A DNA stretch of 64,000 nt, taken from positions 2,131 to 66,130 of the forward strand of contig CAUQLO010000001.1 in NCBI GenBank assembly GCA_963518725.1, in the 5' to 3' direction. The notes beneath the pieces are model-generated. The model did not search any database and had not been told where the DNA came from. It saw only the letters and a list, made by a program, of their open reading frames with translations. Numbering within the stretch: the stretch's first letter is position 1; each line of letters opens with the position of its first letter. Below are positions 20,801-29,831 of this stretch, piece by piece. The DNA is from an uncultured Veillonella sp. (GTDB taxonomy: Bacteria > Bacillota > Negativicutes > Veillonellales > Veillonellaceae). A program made the translations under genes and the position numbers.

Positions 20801-21718
20801 GCACCAGCACTAGATCCTATCGTGGTGGACCGATTAACCTCTGTGTATCCTTATGAAAGTTCAACCGAACGAGCAGGGAAAATCTCTGTGTCTGAAATCA
20901 AACGGCGCTTTGTAGAGATGGAAGAATTGGCGAAACAGATGATTGAGCCGGACTATAAGCGTGATACAAGTGATCATGATGATGCGGAAACGATAGGAAT
21001 CATGCCTGATGCGAAGGAAGATGTGATAGGTGTATCAGCTGTAGGTGGGGAGAATCTTCTGGTAGAGGATGCTACTGGTGATACATACAAGGATAATATG
21101 GAGCTAGCTAAGAATAGTGATGTTGAAAATGGAGTGGAGAATGTCTCAACAGAGTTGCCAGTAGATCTCGGTCCTTTTGATGTAACATTAGCCTCTATGG
21201 CAGAGTCCACACCGATTCGCAGTGGTGCTCGTTGGGGTACTCTCATGCATGAAGTGATGCAGTGGTTGCCGTTGCAACAGTATACACGACCATCTTTGCG
21301 ACAAGCCTTGGATTCGCTGGCATTACAAGGATACTTGACCGATGAGGAACGGAAAGCGATCAGTGAAAAACGGATTTATGATTTCTTTCAGTCTGATTTA
21401 GGACAGCGATTGCTAGGGGCAGAACGGGTGGAACGAGAACTACCATTCAGCATGCTATTTCCAGCGAATCGAGTGTATCCAGAGATGCTAGATGGAGAAG
21501 AACTATTCCTACAAGGTATCATCGATACAGCATTCCTAGAAGAGGGATCTTGGGTGCTAGTGGATTATAAAACAGACCGTCTTGATGAAGAGGCTCTAGT
21601 AGAGCGCTATCGCATTCAGCTCATGCTGTATAAAGAAGCCTTGGAACGATTGACCCCATACCCTGTAAAAGAGGTATACATCTATTCCTTCCGACTAGAA
21701 AGAGCGATTCCAGTATAG
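17819..21718 (+). CDS. addA: ATP-dependent helicase/nuclease subunit A
   Basis: AAAGSGKT, VDEYQD, VGDVKQSIYGFR, TIHKSKGLEF, QGIID..DYKTD. Confidence 0.95.
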   Translation: MKWTDAQQSAIDAPRPGQLPSQTILVSAAAGSGKTAVLVERMIQRLKRRELSIQELMVVTFTKAAAAEMKARIGVKLAEEFQATGDAYLEEQLNMLPSAHISTLHSFCQWVIRSYFYKLDIDPSFTIGNEGELALMRYDVLDTILLQAYEQGLYNIYDVSDMFSTERSDQILRETVFQIYNFALAQSQPMRWLDQVCHTYESALHQTLLETTWGTLFWKEQQRQIEYLLERYEEAQRLATLGNGFDKWMEKVSDLQTLLQAMQKADTWDTMHVGVVGIGGFSFPVLRATKAMNESDPAILSEIKAILSEGKEILQAMPKGVFAITEVDWREQMEYLVPLVRGIIQLVKRFHEDFQRAKQEAGMIDFSDLEHLCLALLVDPESTEELKPSEVALELQGTFKEVMVDEYQDTNGVQEAIVNLVSRGDNRFYVGDVKQSIYGFRMADPQLFMEKYHRFDHDVNGVERRIDLSQNFRSHEAILNVTNFIFSQIMTDEGAGLTYGEAEALHTGRIVEEAPPEWVGGDVEVHVLCCDEDKAQTDPEDGEDLENDEKEMLFVIRKIQELKDNGALVQDKDGTFRPIEWRDIVLLKRSISGSASRMIDLLRREGIPAYTEEKSGYFSAMEVQFVLSLLQIIDNPEQDLPMAIVLQSPLIGMDANDLGRIRLSVEENSLWSGLRPFVEASQNAGWIRFVDSMDTWRTMSRRQGITDLIWHIYDTLHVVEYVSAMPNGLVRRGNVLALYERAKQYESGNYRGLFRFLRFIESLQASGEDLSVAKTVSEADNVVRIMTIHKSKGLEFPVVFLMGTQKGFNKMDLNRSLLLHKEYGVGLKGYFPDLRVMYNSLPWIFVRQALEENLKAEEERILYVALTRPKDKLYITGYMKGSINGFTDRPATKKMGEWVAPVLQWGESAFTKEQILGCNSYLDWILRSLARHVAGGMQLRQFAEVESPQFPDIPYKDCPVTFHVHDGNDYSVSQETPSVEIDILEQVRAQLPVEAPALDPIVVDRLTSVYPYESSTERAGKISVSEIKRRFVEMEELAKQMIEPDYKRDTSDHDDAETIGIMPDAKEDVIGVSAVGGENLLVEDATGDTYKDNMELAKNSDVENGVENVSTELPVDLGPFDVTLASMAESTPIRSGARWGTLMHEVMQWLPLQQYTRPSLRQALDSLALQGYLTDEERKAISEKRIYDFFQSDLGQRLLGAERVERELPFSMLFPANRVYPEMLDGEELFLQGIIDTAFLEEGSWVLVDYKTDRLDEEALVERYRIQLMLYKEALERLTPYPVKEVYIYSFRLERAIPV

Positions 21719-21756
21719 TAGATAATTTAAAAAGATAATAACTCAATATATATAAC

Positions 21757-21792
21757 AGAGGAAGGTTGATACCATGGTATCAACCTTCCTCT
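21757..21792. repeat. dispersed palindrome family, copy 3 (perfect 36-bp palindrome)
   Basis: AGAGGAAGGTTGATACCA|TGGTATCAACCTTCCTCT. Confidence 0.9.
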
Positions 21793-21885
21793 ATGTTTTA
21801 TATCTAATATAATGCGTTGTAGCGGGAGCCTTTACTGTCCCTTTCAAGAAATATTACAGAATCATATAATATATCGTCGAAACAG

Positions 21886-21910
21886 AAAAAGGGCCCCGAA
21901 GGACCCTTTT
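21886..21910 (-). terminator. terminator of the AGCS symporter
   Basis: AAAAAGGGCCCCGAAGGACCCTTTT; near-identical hairpin at 7444-7465. Confidence 0.65.
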
Positions 21911-21919
21911 CGTAGGAGT

Positions 21920-23344
21920 CTATTCGTTTTCGTGACCTTTATGCCACCAAGTGATACCTTTTTGTGTTGGTAAAATAGCACGATCGAAGATTGGTTCTTC
22001 AATACCTTGAGCTTTTTGATTCATGTAGTCTTTCAGTGCAATAAGTACTAATTTACCTAAACGCAAGATAGAGGTAATATTACAAAGCACTAAGAATGCC
22101 ATGAACAAGTCAGCTAAGTTCCATACAAGATTCAATTCAGCAATACAGCCAACATAGACCATGATGATGACAAGAGCACGGAATAGGTTGATAGCGAATT
22201 TATTGTTTTTCGTCATGTGCGCAATATTCACTTCGCCGTAGAAATAGTTGCCGATAATGGAACTGTAGGCAAACATGAATACGAACAATGCGATGACCGC
22301 AGGCGCCCAAGAACCTAATTGTTGACCAATGCTGTGTTGGACAAGGGCAATACCTGTTAAATCTGTGTGCACATAGTCTCCAGATACAAGAACGATAAAA
22401 GCGGATGCGCTACATACAAGTATTGTATCTACAAACACACCAAGAGCCTGAATTAAACCTTGCTTTACTGGATGTGATACATCTGAAGCAGCGGATGCAT
22501 TTGGTACAGAACCTTCGCCGGCCTCGTTGGAGAACAAGCCACGTTTGATACCTTGCATTACAGCTGCACCAATGAAACCGCCCGTAGCAGAATCAATAGT
22601 GAACGCTTGTGTAAAGATAGCAGAGATAACAGCTGGTAATACAGTAATATTAGCAATGACAATATAGATAGCAATTAATACATATAGACCAGCCATGAAA
22701 GGAACTAAATACTCCGCTGTTTGGGCAATACGTTTGGCACCACCGAAGATAACGAGAGCAGAAAGAGCTGCTACTACAAGACCTGTTGTGGAGGCATCGA
22801 TATTCCAAGGCTGTACTGCAATAGCAATCGTGTTAGCTTGTACAGAGTTGTAGATTAGGCCGTAAGTGACACTGATTAAGATTGCAAATAAGACAGATAA
22901 GAAAGGGCTATTCAAGCCATGGCGAATGTAATAGGATGGACCGCCACGGAAGGATCCGTCAGGTAAGCGCTCTTTGTAGATTTGGCCTAACGTGTTTTCG
23001 ATGAAACTAGTAGCCGCGCCGAGTAGAGCGATGAACCACATCCAGAATATAGCACCAGGGCCACCCAATGTAATAGCAATGGCAATACCTGCAATATTGC
23101 CTACCCCTACGTGAGAGGCAACACTAATACAGAAAGCTTGGAATGGGGAAATGTGGTGATCCCCTTTGCTTTTTTCTGCAGCTCCCGATTTTAGAATTCG
23201 GAGCATTTCAGGGATTTCACGAATTTGCACAAAACGAGTGGCAAAGGTGAACCAAATACCAGCAATAATGAGGAGTGCGATAATGATGTTATTCCAGAGG
23301 AATCCGTTCACATCGCCCAAGAGTTGAATGATTTGTTCTTGCAT
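21920..23344 (-). CDS. alanine/glycine:cation symporter (AGCS, AlsT-like)
   Basis: VGVGNIAG, GGPGAIFWMW, FRGGPSYY, RGLFSNEAG, HPVKQG. Confidence 0.93.
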   Translation of the reverse strand: MQEQIIQLLGDVNGFLWNNIIIALLIIAGIWFTFATRFVQIREIPEMLRILKSGAAEKSKGDHHISPFQAFCISVASHVGVGNIAGIAIAITLGGPGAIFWMWFIALLGAATSFIENTLGQIYKERLPDGSFRGGPSYYIRHGLNSPFLSVLFAILISVTYGLIYNSVQANTIAIAVQPWNIDASTTGLVVAALSALVIFGGAKRIAQTAEYLVPFMAGLYVLIAIYIVIANITVLPAVISAIFTQAFTIDSATGGFIGAAVMQGIKRGLFSNEAGEGSVPNASAASDVSHPVKQGLIQALGVFVDTILVCSASAFIVLVSGDYVHTDLTGIALVQHSIGQQLGSWAPAVIALFVFMFAYSSIIGNYFYGEVNIAHMTKNNKFAINLFRALVIIMVYVGCIAELNLVWNLADLFMAFLVLCNITSILRLGKLVLIALKDYMNQKAQGIEEPIFDRAILPTQKGITWWHKGHENE

Positions 23345-23512
23345 AAGGACATCCTTTCTTTACATATGCACATAGTATATATTCTATAGTATATCATAGG
23401 AAGATAGGGAAATGATAGAAAGTTATAACAATCCTAGAAAAATTGTAAAAAAACATCTATCCATGAGGGGTAAAAGGTGTTACAATGAATCGATAAATGA
23501 ATGAAATTGCGT

Positions 23513-23600
23513 CACTACATCCGAACCCATTCCGTACGGACTAGTGAGGCTAGCGGTTTTTGACGACACGGATACTTGAAATGACTCAAGTGATGTATGG
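23513..23600 (+). ncRNA. structured cis-regulatory leader, probably ldcC-like motif
   Basis: Pairings TACATC/GATGTA, TCCGT/ACGGA, CTAG-tgagg-CTAG, ACTTGA/TCAAGT directly upstream of the potE SD. Confidence 0.55.
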
Positions 23601-23615
23601 AAAGGGGCTTGATAC

Positions 23616-24977
23616 ATGAAAACCACCGCTAAAAAAATGTCTGTATTCCAACTGACATCCATCGTGGCAGCCAATATGTTGGGTGCTGGAATTATTATGC
23701 TACCATCTCAATTAGCACAGGTAGGCACTATTTCTATCCTATCATGGATTATTACGGTATTAGGGTCCTTGACCTTAGCCTATATTTTTGCCCAATGTGG
23801 TTTGTTTACAAAGAAATCTGGTGGCTTAGGAGGCTATGTGGAATATGCCTTTGGTAGGACCGGTCATTTTATGGCGAACTACTCCTATGCAGTATCCTTG
23901 GTCATTGCTAATGTGGCCATCGCCATATCCATCGTAGGGTATGGGGCCGTGTTATTTGATGTACAGCTTTCACCATTAGAAGTGAGTTTAGCAACCATCG
24001 TGTTGCTCATGGTGGCAGCTTTGGTCAATGTGCGAGGCAATAAGAGCACGGGGCGCATTAGTAACATTACCATTTGGGGGACGATGTTGCCAGTCTTGTT
24101 TATTGGCGTGTTTGGTTGGTTTTGGTTTGATCCAGAGATGTTTGTGTCTGTTTGGAACCCACAAGAACTGCCCGTATTTGATGCGGTCAGTCAGTCCATT
24201 TCCCTCACATTGTGGGGCTTTTTAGGCTTTGAGTCGGCAGCAGCTAATGCAGATGCCGTAGAAAATCCTAAGAAGAATGTACCTATAGCGACATTTTTTG
24301 GCACTTTGGCAGTAGCCGTGGTTTATATTGTATCCACGAATATTATGGCGGGCATCATTCCTAACATCGAGTTAGTGAATTCCACTGCTCCCTTTGGTCT
24401 AGTGTTTGCTTACATGTTCAATGCAACAGTAGGAAAAATCGTGATGGCCCTCATGGCGGTGTCCTGTTTCGGGGCGATTATGGGATGGCAATTTACCTTG
24501 AGCCGTGTGTTTAAAAGTTGTGCAGAAGCAGGATTCTTTCCCAAGGTATTTGCTCGTGTGAATCGTGTAGATTCCCCAGTACGCGGCATTATCATTCTCT
24601 TGGCATTACAAGGTATCTTGGCGTTGATGACTACTGATGAAAGTTTGAATGAACAGTTTGCGCAGCTCGTTAACTTAGCAGTTGTGACAAATGTATTCCC
24701 TTACATTCTTTGCTGCGTGGCAGTGAATAAGATGTTATCCATTGAGGGCGCTACGATGGGATTGCGCCGTCTCATCTATGTGATGAGCGCCGTAGCCATT
24801 GCCTATGATAGCTATGCGATCTATGCCTGTGGCGAAGTTCCTATCCAAGGGGGCTTGGCGGTGATTATCTTTGGCTATGCGGCGTACCAAGCCGCATTCC
24901 ATTGGAGATCACGTCTTGTGAAAGCCGTGGGTAAACATCCGGCATATAAAAAAATAAAATCAGAGTATACATTATAA
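23616..24977 (+). CDS. potE: putrescine:ornithine antiporter (APC family)
   Basis: KMSVFQLT..NMLGAGIIMLP..LAQVGTISILSW closely resembles PotE; GFESA, VENPKKNVPIA. Confidence 0.82.
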   Translation: MKTTAKKMSVFQLTSIVAANMLGAGIIMLPSQLAQVGTISILSWIITVLGSLTLAYIFAQCGLFTKKSGGLGGYVEYAFGRTGHFMANYSYAVSLVIANVAIAISIVGYGAVLFDVQLSPLEVSLATIVLLMVAALVNVRGNKSTGRISNITIWGTMLPVLFIGVFGWFWFDPEMFVSVWNPQELPVFDAVSQSISLTLWGFLGFESAAANADAVENPKKNVPIATFFGTLAVAVVYIVSTNIMAGIIPNIELVNSTAPFGLVFAYMFNATVGKIVMALMAVSCFGAIMGWQFTLSRVFKSCAEAGFFPKVFARVNRVDSPVRGIIILLALQGILALMTTDESLNEQFAQLVNLAVVTNVFPYILCCVAVNKMLSIEGATMGLRRLIYVMSAVAIAYDSYAIYACGEVPIQGGLAVIIFGYAAYQAAFHWRSRLVKAVGKHPAYKKIKSEYTL

Positions 24978-24989
24978 GAGTATAAATAC

Positions 24990-25027
24990 ATAGAGGAAAG
25001 TTGATGTTGTAATCAACTTTCCTCTAT
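24990..25027. repeat. dispersed palindrome family, copy 4
   Basis: ATAGAGGAAAGTTGAT-gttgta-ATCAACTTTCCTCTAT. Confidence 0.9.
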
Positions 25028-25422
25028 TGTAGTTAGGGCCATTTTGTGTAGATTTTTATAGTTAGAAGAGGGGGGATAGAGTGTCTTTACTTGACCTATG
25101 TTCTGAGGTACCTGTTGCTAATGATTATATTTGCCTTATATTTAATGTACGATAACCTAGAAATAGGGGGTAGAATCAAGATGATAAGTGTTTTACATAA
25201 TACCTAGATTCTATGTGTGTATAGCACTGGTAGGAACCGTTTTAACGAGGCAAAGAACCCTTTATATTAAGGGATTTGTTGGCATTTGCGAAATGAATAT
25301 TTTAATACTTGATTTTAAATATCTAGTTATGCTATATTTGAAAAGCAATATACATAATAAAAGTATATGCTAGGTTTGTTGTGATCATGCATTATGCATT
25401 TCACATAATACTAATTATAGGT

Positions 25423-25450
25423 AAAGGACTGATACTCGTATCAGTCCTTT
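25423..25450. terminator. hairpin downstream of mscL
   Basis: AAAGGACTGATAC-tc-GTATCAGTCCTTT. Confidence 0.65.
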
Positions 25451-25508
25451 CCTATTAGTATTATATAACATTAAAATTCAAAAAGCTAGATGCCAATCGT
25501 TGTTGAAT

Positions 25509-25955
25509 CTAACATTCTTTGATAGCTAATTCAGCTGTACAATGTGGACAACGTGTTGCATCATCAGCAATCGATTCACGGCAATAGTCACATTTACGGG
25601 TTTCCACCGGTGCTTCTGCAGGTGTAAATCGCTTGATTTGGCTGATAACAGTGAAAATACAGAAAGCAATGATAAGGAATTCAAATACTGTATTCAAGAA
25701 AAGACCGTAGGCGATTACAGGGATACCAGCTGCTTTTGCTTCTGCAAAGGTGCTTGGAGCGCCACTAGTGGTTAAAGGGATAAATAAATTGGAAAAGTCT
25801 ACTCCGCCTAATAATAATCCGATAGGAGGCATCACCACATCGTTTACCAAAGAAGTAACGATTTTACCGAAAGCGGCACCAATAATCACGCCCACAGCTA
25901 AATCTACTACATTGCCGCGCATGGCAAAGTCTTTAAAATCTTTCAAAAAGCTCAT
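25509..25955 (-). CDS. mscL: large-conductance mechanosensitive channel
   Basis: [28 protein letters not shown]-terminal CDYC..CPHC; start moved to ATG 25955. Confidence 0.95.
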   Translation of the reverse strand: MSFLKDFKDFAMRGNVVDLAVGVIIGAAFGKIVTSLVNDVVMPPIGLLLGGVDFSNLFIPLTTSGAPSTFAEAKAAGIPVIAYGLFLNTVFEFLIIAFCIFTVISQIKRFTPAEAPVETRKCDYCRESIADDATRCPHCTAELAIKEC

Positions 25956-26175
25956 AGGAACCTCCATTTCAAAATTCATACAATAAAAAGTATACCGTAT
26001 ATTATAATATAGACACATCGAAAAAGATAGATGTAATGGTGTAAAATTAAATAGTTGGATACACGATGTTTATATATACCTTTGGGTATAGCTATTGCTG
26101 TCCCTCAAAAATATTTTATAGAAAAAAGCTGTCATACCGTTAGACGTTTAGGTCTAGGGATGACAGCTTTTACAA

Positions 26176-26931
26176 TTAACGATGATGATCAACTTCTTGA
26201 ATATTTGCATAGTTCCGATATAATTCATTTGGTAATTTTGTAGTAATAATAGAGGCCTTATCAATCGAGGCAAATGTGATAGATGAAATGCGGTCAAATT
26301 TGGATGGGTCCGCTAAGATAAAAGCATTATGACATTTCTGTAATGCTTTTTCTTTCACCGCAGCATCGAGAGGATCTTCTGTGGTAAATCCAGATTTAAA
26401 ACTAATGCCATGAGTGCTAAAGAATCCCTGTGTAAAGTTATAGGATTCTAATTGATTAAGGGCTACACTACCGACGATAGAGGACGAGATGGGATTCACA
26501 TTGCCACCTAATAAGATGACTTTCAAATGGCGTGATGCCAAATGTGTAGCATGGTGAATGCCGTTAGTTACAAAGGTTGCATTGGTATGCTGTAGATAAT
26601 GGAGTACCATTTCTGTAGTGCTACCAGCATCGATAAAGATAAAGCCAGAAGGGCTAATTAATTCCGAGGCGGCCAGTGCAATGGATTCCTTCGCATCACG
26701 ATACATGACGGATTTAGGGAGTGCGTCTATATCCGTTGTAGTATGGTCAATGGTGAGGCTCGCAGCGCCACCGTGGACCTTTTGCAATAAACCTTTGTTG
26801 TGGAGATAGGCTAAATCTCTGCGTATTGTAGGCGCTGAAGAAGATAAGGCTGTCACCAATTCGTGTACAGTGACCACCCGATTTTGTTTCAAGCGTCTTA
26901 GAATCGCAGAATAACGTTCTTCAGGAAGCAT
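26176..26931 (-). CDS. DeoR/GlpR-family regulator (FruR-like)
   Basis: TIRRDL..L..VHGGA HTH, IFIDAGSTT, LADPSKF. Confidence 0.9.
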   Translation of the reverse strand: MLPEERYSAILRRLKQNRVVTVHELVTALSSSAPTIRRDLAYLHNKGLLQKVHGGAASLTIDHTTTDIDALPKSVMYRDAKESIALAASELISPSGFIFIDAGSTTEMVLHYLQHTNATFVTNGIHHATHLASRHLKVILLGGNVNPISSSIVGSVALNQLESYNFTQGFFSTHGISFKSGFTTEDPLDAAVKEKALQKCHNAFILADPSKFDRISSITFASIDKASIITTKLPNELYRNYANIQEVDHHR

Positions 26932-27147
26932 AGTAAAATCACCTCCAATTTATGATTAACCTAATATTGCTTAGGAAAACGTACCTATTATTTTTCCTAT
27001 ATTCATGGTAATATAAATGGCAAATAAATTATAGTCATCGATGGCTGATTTCATCGAAATGTATAAAAGTATAGGCTATATTTTGCGATAAATTAAGAAT
27101 CCACTGTATGGGAATAGGAATTGTACAACGCAGATAAGGAGATAGGT

Positions 27148-27987
27148 ATGAAAATAACAAAAATGCACGGCTTAGGAAATGATTTTATTGTCTTTTTTGA
27201 TGATGGCACCAGTCAATTCGATGTAACGACGATGGCACAACGCCTTTGTGATCGTCACACGGGAATCGGTGCTGACGGACTTGTCATTGTCATGCCTTCC
27301 GAGGTAGCGGATGTGCGCATGCGCATCATCAATTCTGATGGCAGTGAAGCGGAAATGTGCGGCAATGGCATTCGTTGCTTTGCAAAGTATGCGTACGACC
27401 GCAAGATTATTGATACAGAGGTATTCACCGTAGAAACCTTGGCGGGCATTATGACGCCAACGATTATTGCCGAAAATGGTGTGGCTAAACTGGTGAAAGT
27501 CAACATGGGTAAACCGGCGTTCTCGGCGAAGGACATTCCTATGGACATAGCATCGGACAAAGTCATAGATTATACTATTGATGTAGATGGCACATCCTAT
27601 GTAGTGAGTTCCGTTTTGTTAGGGGTACCGCATACAGAGGTATTTGTGGACGATGTGACAACAGTTCCGTTGACGGTATTAGGGCCGAAGATTGAAAAAC
27701 ATCCACTCTTCCCGAAAGGAACGAATGTAAACTTTGTACAAGTGGTGGACGAGAACACTGTGAAAGTCCGCACGTGGGAGCGCGGTGCAGGAGCCACATT
27801 AGCTTGTGGCACAGGGTCTTGCTCTAGCGCTGTTATGGCGCATGAAAAAGGACTAACAGGCCGTTCTGTAGATGTGGAATTATACCTAGGCACCTTGCAT
27901 ATTGATTATGATGAAGATGGAACTGTATATATGACGGGACCGGCTACAGAAGTGTTTAGCTTGGACTTAGATGAGGTTATGTGTTAG
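27148..27987 (+). CDS. dapF: diaminopimelate epimerase
   Basis: KMHGLGNDF, EMCGNGIRC, TWERGAGATLACGTG. Confidence 0.96.
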   Translation: MKITKMHGLGNDFIVFFDDGTSQFDVTTMAQRLCDRHTGIGADGLVIVMPSEVADVRMRIINSDGSEAEMCGNGIRCFAKYAYDRKIIDTEVFTVETLAGIMTPTIIAENGVAKLVKVNMGKPAFSAKDIPMDIASDKVIDYTIDVDGTSYVVSSVLLGVPHTEVFVDDVTTVPLTVLGPKIEKHPLFPKGTNVNFVQVVDENTVKVRTWERGAGATLACGTGSCSSAVMAHEKGLTGRSVDVELYLGTLHIDYDEDGTVYMTGPATEVFSLDLDEVMC

Positions 27988-28099
27988 ATAGAGGCTAACA
28001 TGTACGGATATATATGAAGTGTAAGCACCTAAACTATATAAACAACTAAGCTACTCTAGCATCTCGATGCGAAGGTAGCAATACAATGCGCTTCAAATA

Positions 28100-28143
28100 T
28101 AAAAGAGGAAAGTTGATTAAATGGCATCAACTTTCCTCTTTTA
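28100..28143. repeat. dispersed palindrome family, copy 5
   Basis: TAAAAGAGGAAAGTTGAT-N8-ATCAACTTTCCTCTTTTA. Confidence 0.9.
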
Positions 28144-28152
28144 GTTTGTGCA

Positions 28153-29307
28153 TTATGCATTAGTTTTGATCTGAATCTTCTTGCCGAATTTTTTCACAAA
28201 TGCCGTAATAGTAGTGGCTTTCAGTGTATCCACTGTAATGATCAATCCGTCTACATTCGGTGTCGGTGTCACGGCTAGGATAGTTCCTTGCGGTTCTAAT
28301 TGGCGATACAAATAGGCTGCATCGGTTTGCAAGTTGTCGAAGTCTCCTAGGCTGTACGTCCCAGTAGTGATGATGTGATGATCTAAGAAATGTTTGTCTT
28401 GTATATAGGCTGTTTCTGCGGTGATGGCTTTCACATCCTTAGAAGAAATGAAAGAAATCACTAATTTCCCATCGCGCCAGAACATAGCTCCTCGATTGTG
28501 GAAGTCGTAGGTTTCACCAAATGTTTTCTTAATCAATGCCCGTGCTGTTTCCTCCATTTGTTGCTGTTGGATCGTGTTTTGAATCATAGCAGCCTCTTTG
28601 GAGAACAGCAAGCGATAGGTAATTTCTGCAGCCTCTGCACGAGTGATATATTTTTCTGGATTGAACAAGCCAGTGGTGCTGTAGTTGATAAACCCAAAGA
28701 GGGCTAGTTCTCGTACCGATGATTGAGCCCATGGAGCGATGAATTTTTGGTCGCTGAAGTGGATACCATCAAGGGCAGTGGGATCTTCTGTGCGATATCC
28801 TTGGTAATGTAAAAACTTATTAGCCACCACTGCAAACTCTTGGCGTGACATATATTGCTCAGGGCGATAGGTATTGTCGCCGTAACCACTGATAATATTC
28901 GCTCTGGCTACACTTTCAATAGCAAGAGAAGACCAACGGTCAGAGGTGATATCTGAAAAGGAACTAGCCAGCATGATGGATGGCGTTTCCCCAAGCATGT
29001 TGCTAAATAAGGAGGCAGCCTCTTCCCTAGATAAGGGATCGTTGGGCTTGAAAGTACCATTGTGGTATCCGCTCATGAACCCTTCTTTCGTCATTTTTGT
29101 AATCGATTCATAGGCCCAAAACTGACGGGGTACATCGGTAAAGTGATATTTTTGAACCCGATCAAAGGTAGGAATCGGGTTTGGTTGTGAATAGGTGTAG
29201 GTGCTAGGTCCAGACACGGTCGTTGTAGATGCTGCATTAACGGCCTGCGCATGGACAAACAATGCGGGCACGAGGGTAAGTAATAGTGCTGTCGATATAC
29301 GTTTCAT
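28153..29307 (-). CDS. secreted protein with three SLH domains
   Basis: Signal peptide; FTDVP..WA..GY.NGTFKPN..SREE, FSDI..WS..GYGDNTYRP..SRQE, FSD..WA..ITRAE. Confidence 0.88.
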   Translation of the reverse strand: MKRISTALLLTLVPALFVHAQAVNAASTTTVSGPSTYTYSQPNPIPTFDRVQKYHFTDVPRQFWAYESITKMTKEGFMSGYHNGTFKPNDPLSREEAASLFSNMLGETPSIMLASSFSDITSDRWSSLAIESVARANIISGYGDNTYRPEQYMSRQEFAVVANKFLHYQGYRTEDPTALDGIHFSDQKFIAPWAQSSVRELALFGFINYSTTGLFNPEKYITRAEAAEITYRLLFSKEAAMIQNTIQQQQMEETARALIKKTFGETYDFHNRGAMFWRDGKLVISFISSKDVKAITAETAYIQDKHFLDHHIITTGTYSLGDFDNLQTDAAYLYRQLEPQGTILAVTPTPNVDGLIITVDTLKATTITAFVKKFGKKIQIKTNA

Positions 29308-29831
29308 AGTATGCCTCCAAGAGGGAAAACGGAATTATTTTATATTACGTCTATCATACCATATTTGAAAGATTGACTCCATGCGAAAAGAGTGATATTT
29401 GTCAATGAAATGCCTCTGGCGTAGGTTGATTTGTATAGGAATAGTTATCTCTATCATGAGTTTTTGTTATACTACTAATTTTAAGTGGGAATTAAAGCAG
29501 AAAGAGACAAGTGTATTTTACTAGAAGAAATAGGGTGCATTAAAATACATAAAAATTATGCAATCCTTGATGCTATTAGGGTTGATAAGAGTAGGGAAAA
29601 CATGTGATTTTTGGTACAATTGAGCAGATTGATAATGACTAGCAAAAAGGTATAAAAATGGCTTCTTGCTAATATTGCAAGTCTTTTGTAATTCCTGAAA
29701 ATTTACTATATAATGAAATCATCGGAAACTATTTAGGGTCTTGAATTCTATTTAGTACATAGATGGAAATGATTGATGCATTTTGCCAATCAAGTGATAG
29801 TAGTTTACTTTAAAGTTGAGGATGTGAAGAA

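Noticed and set aside
25081..25373. Short + strand ORFs (24 aa at 25081; 61 aa at 25188)
   Set aside because: No recognisable motifs, weak initiation signals, AT-rich intergenic sequence
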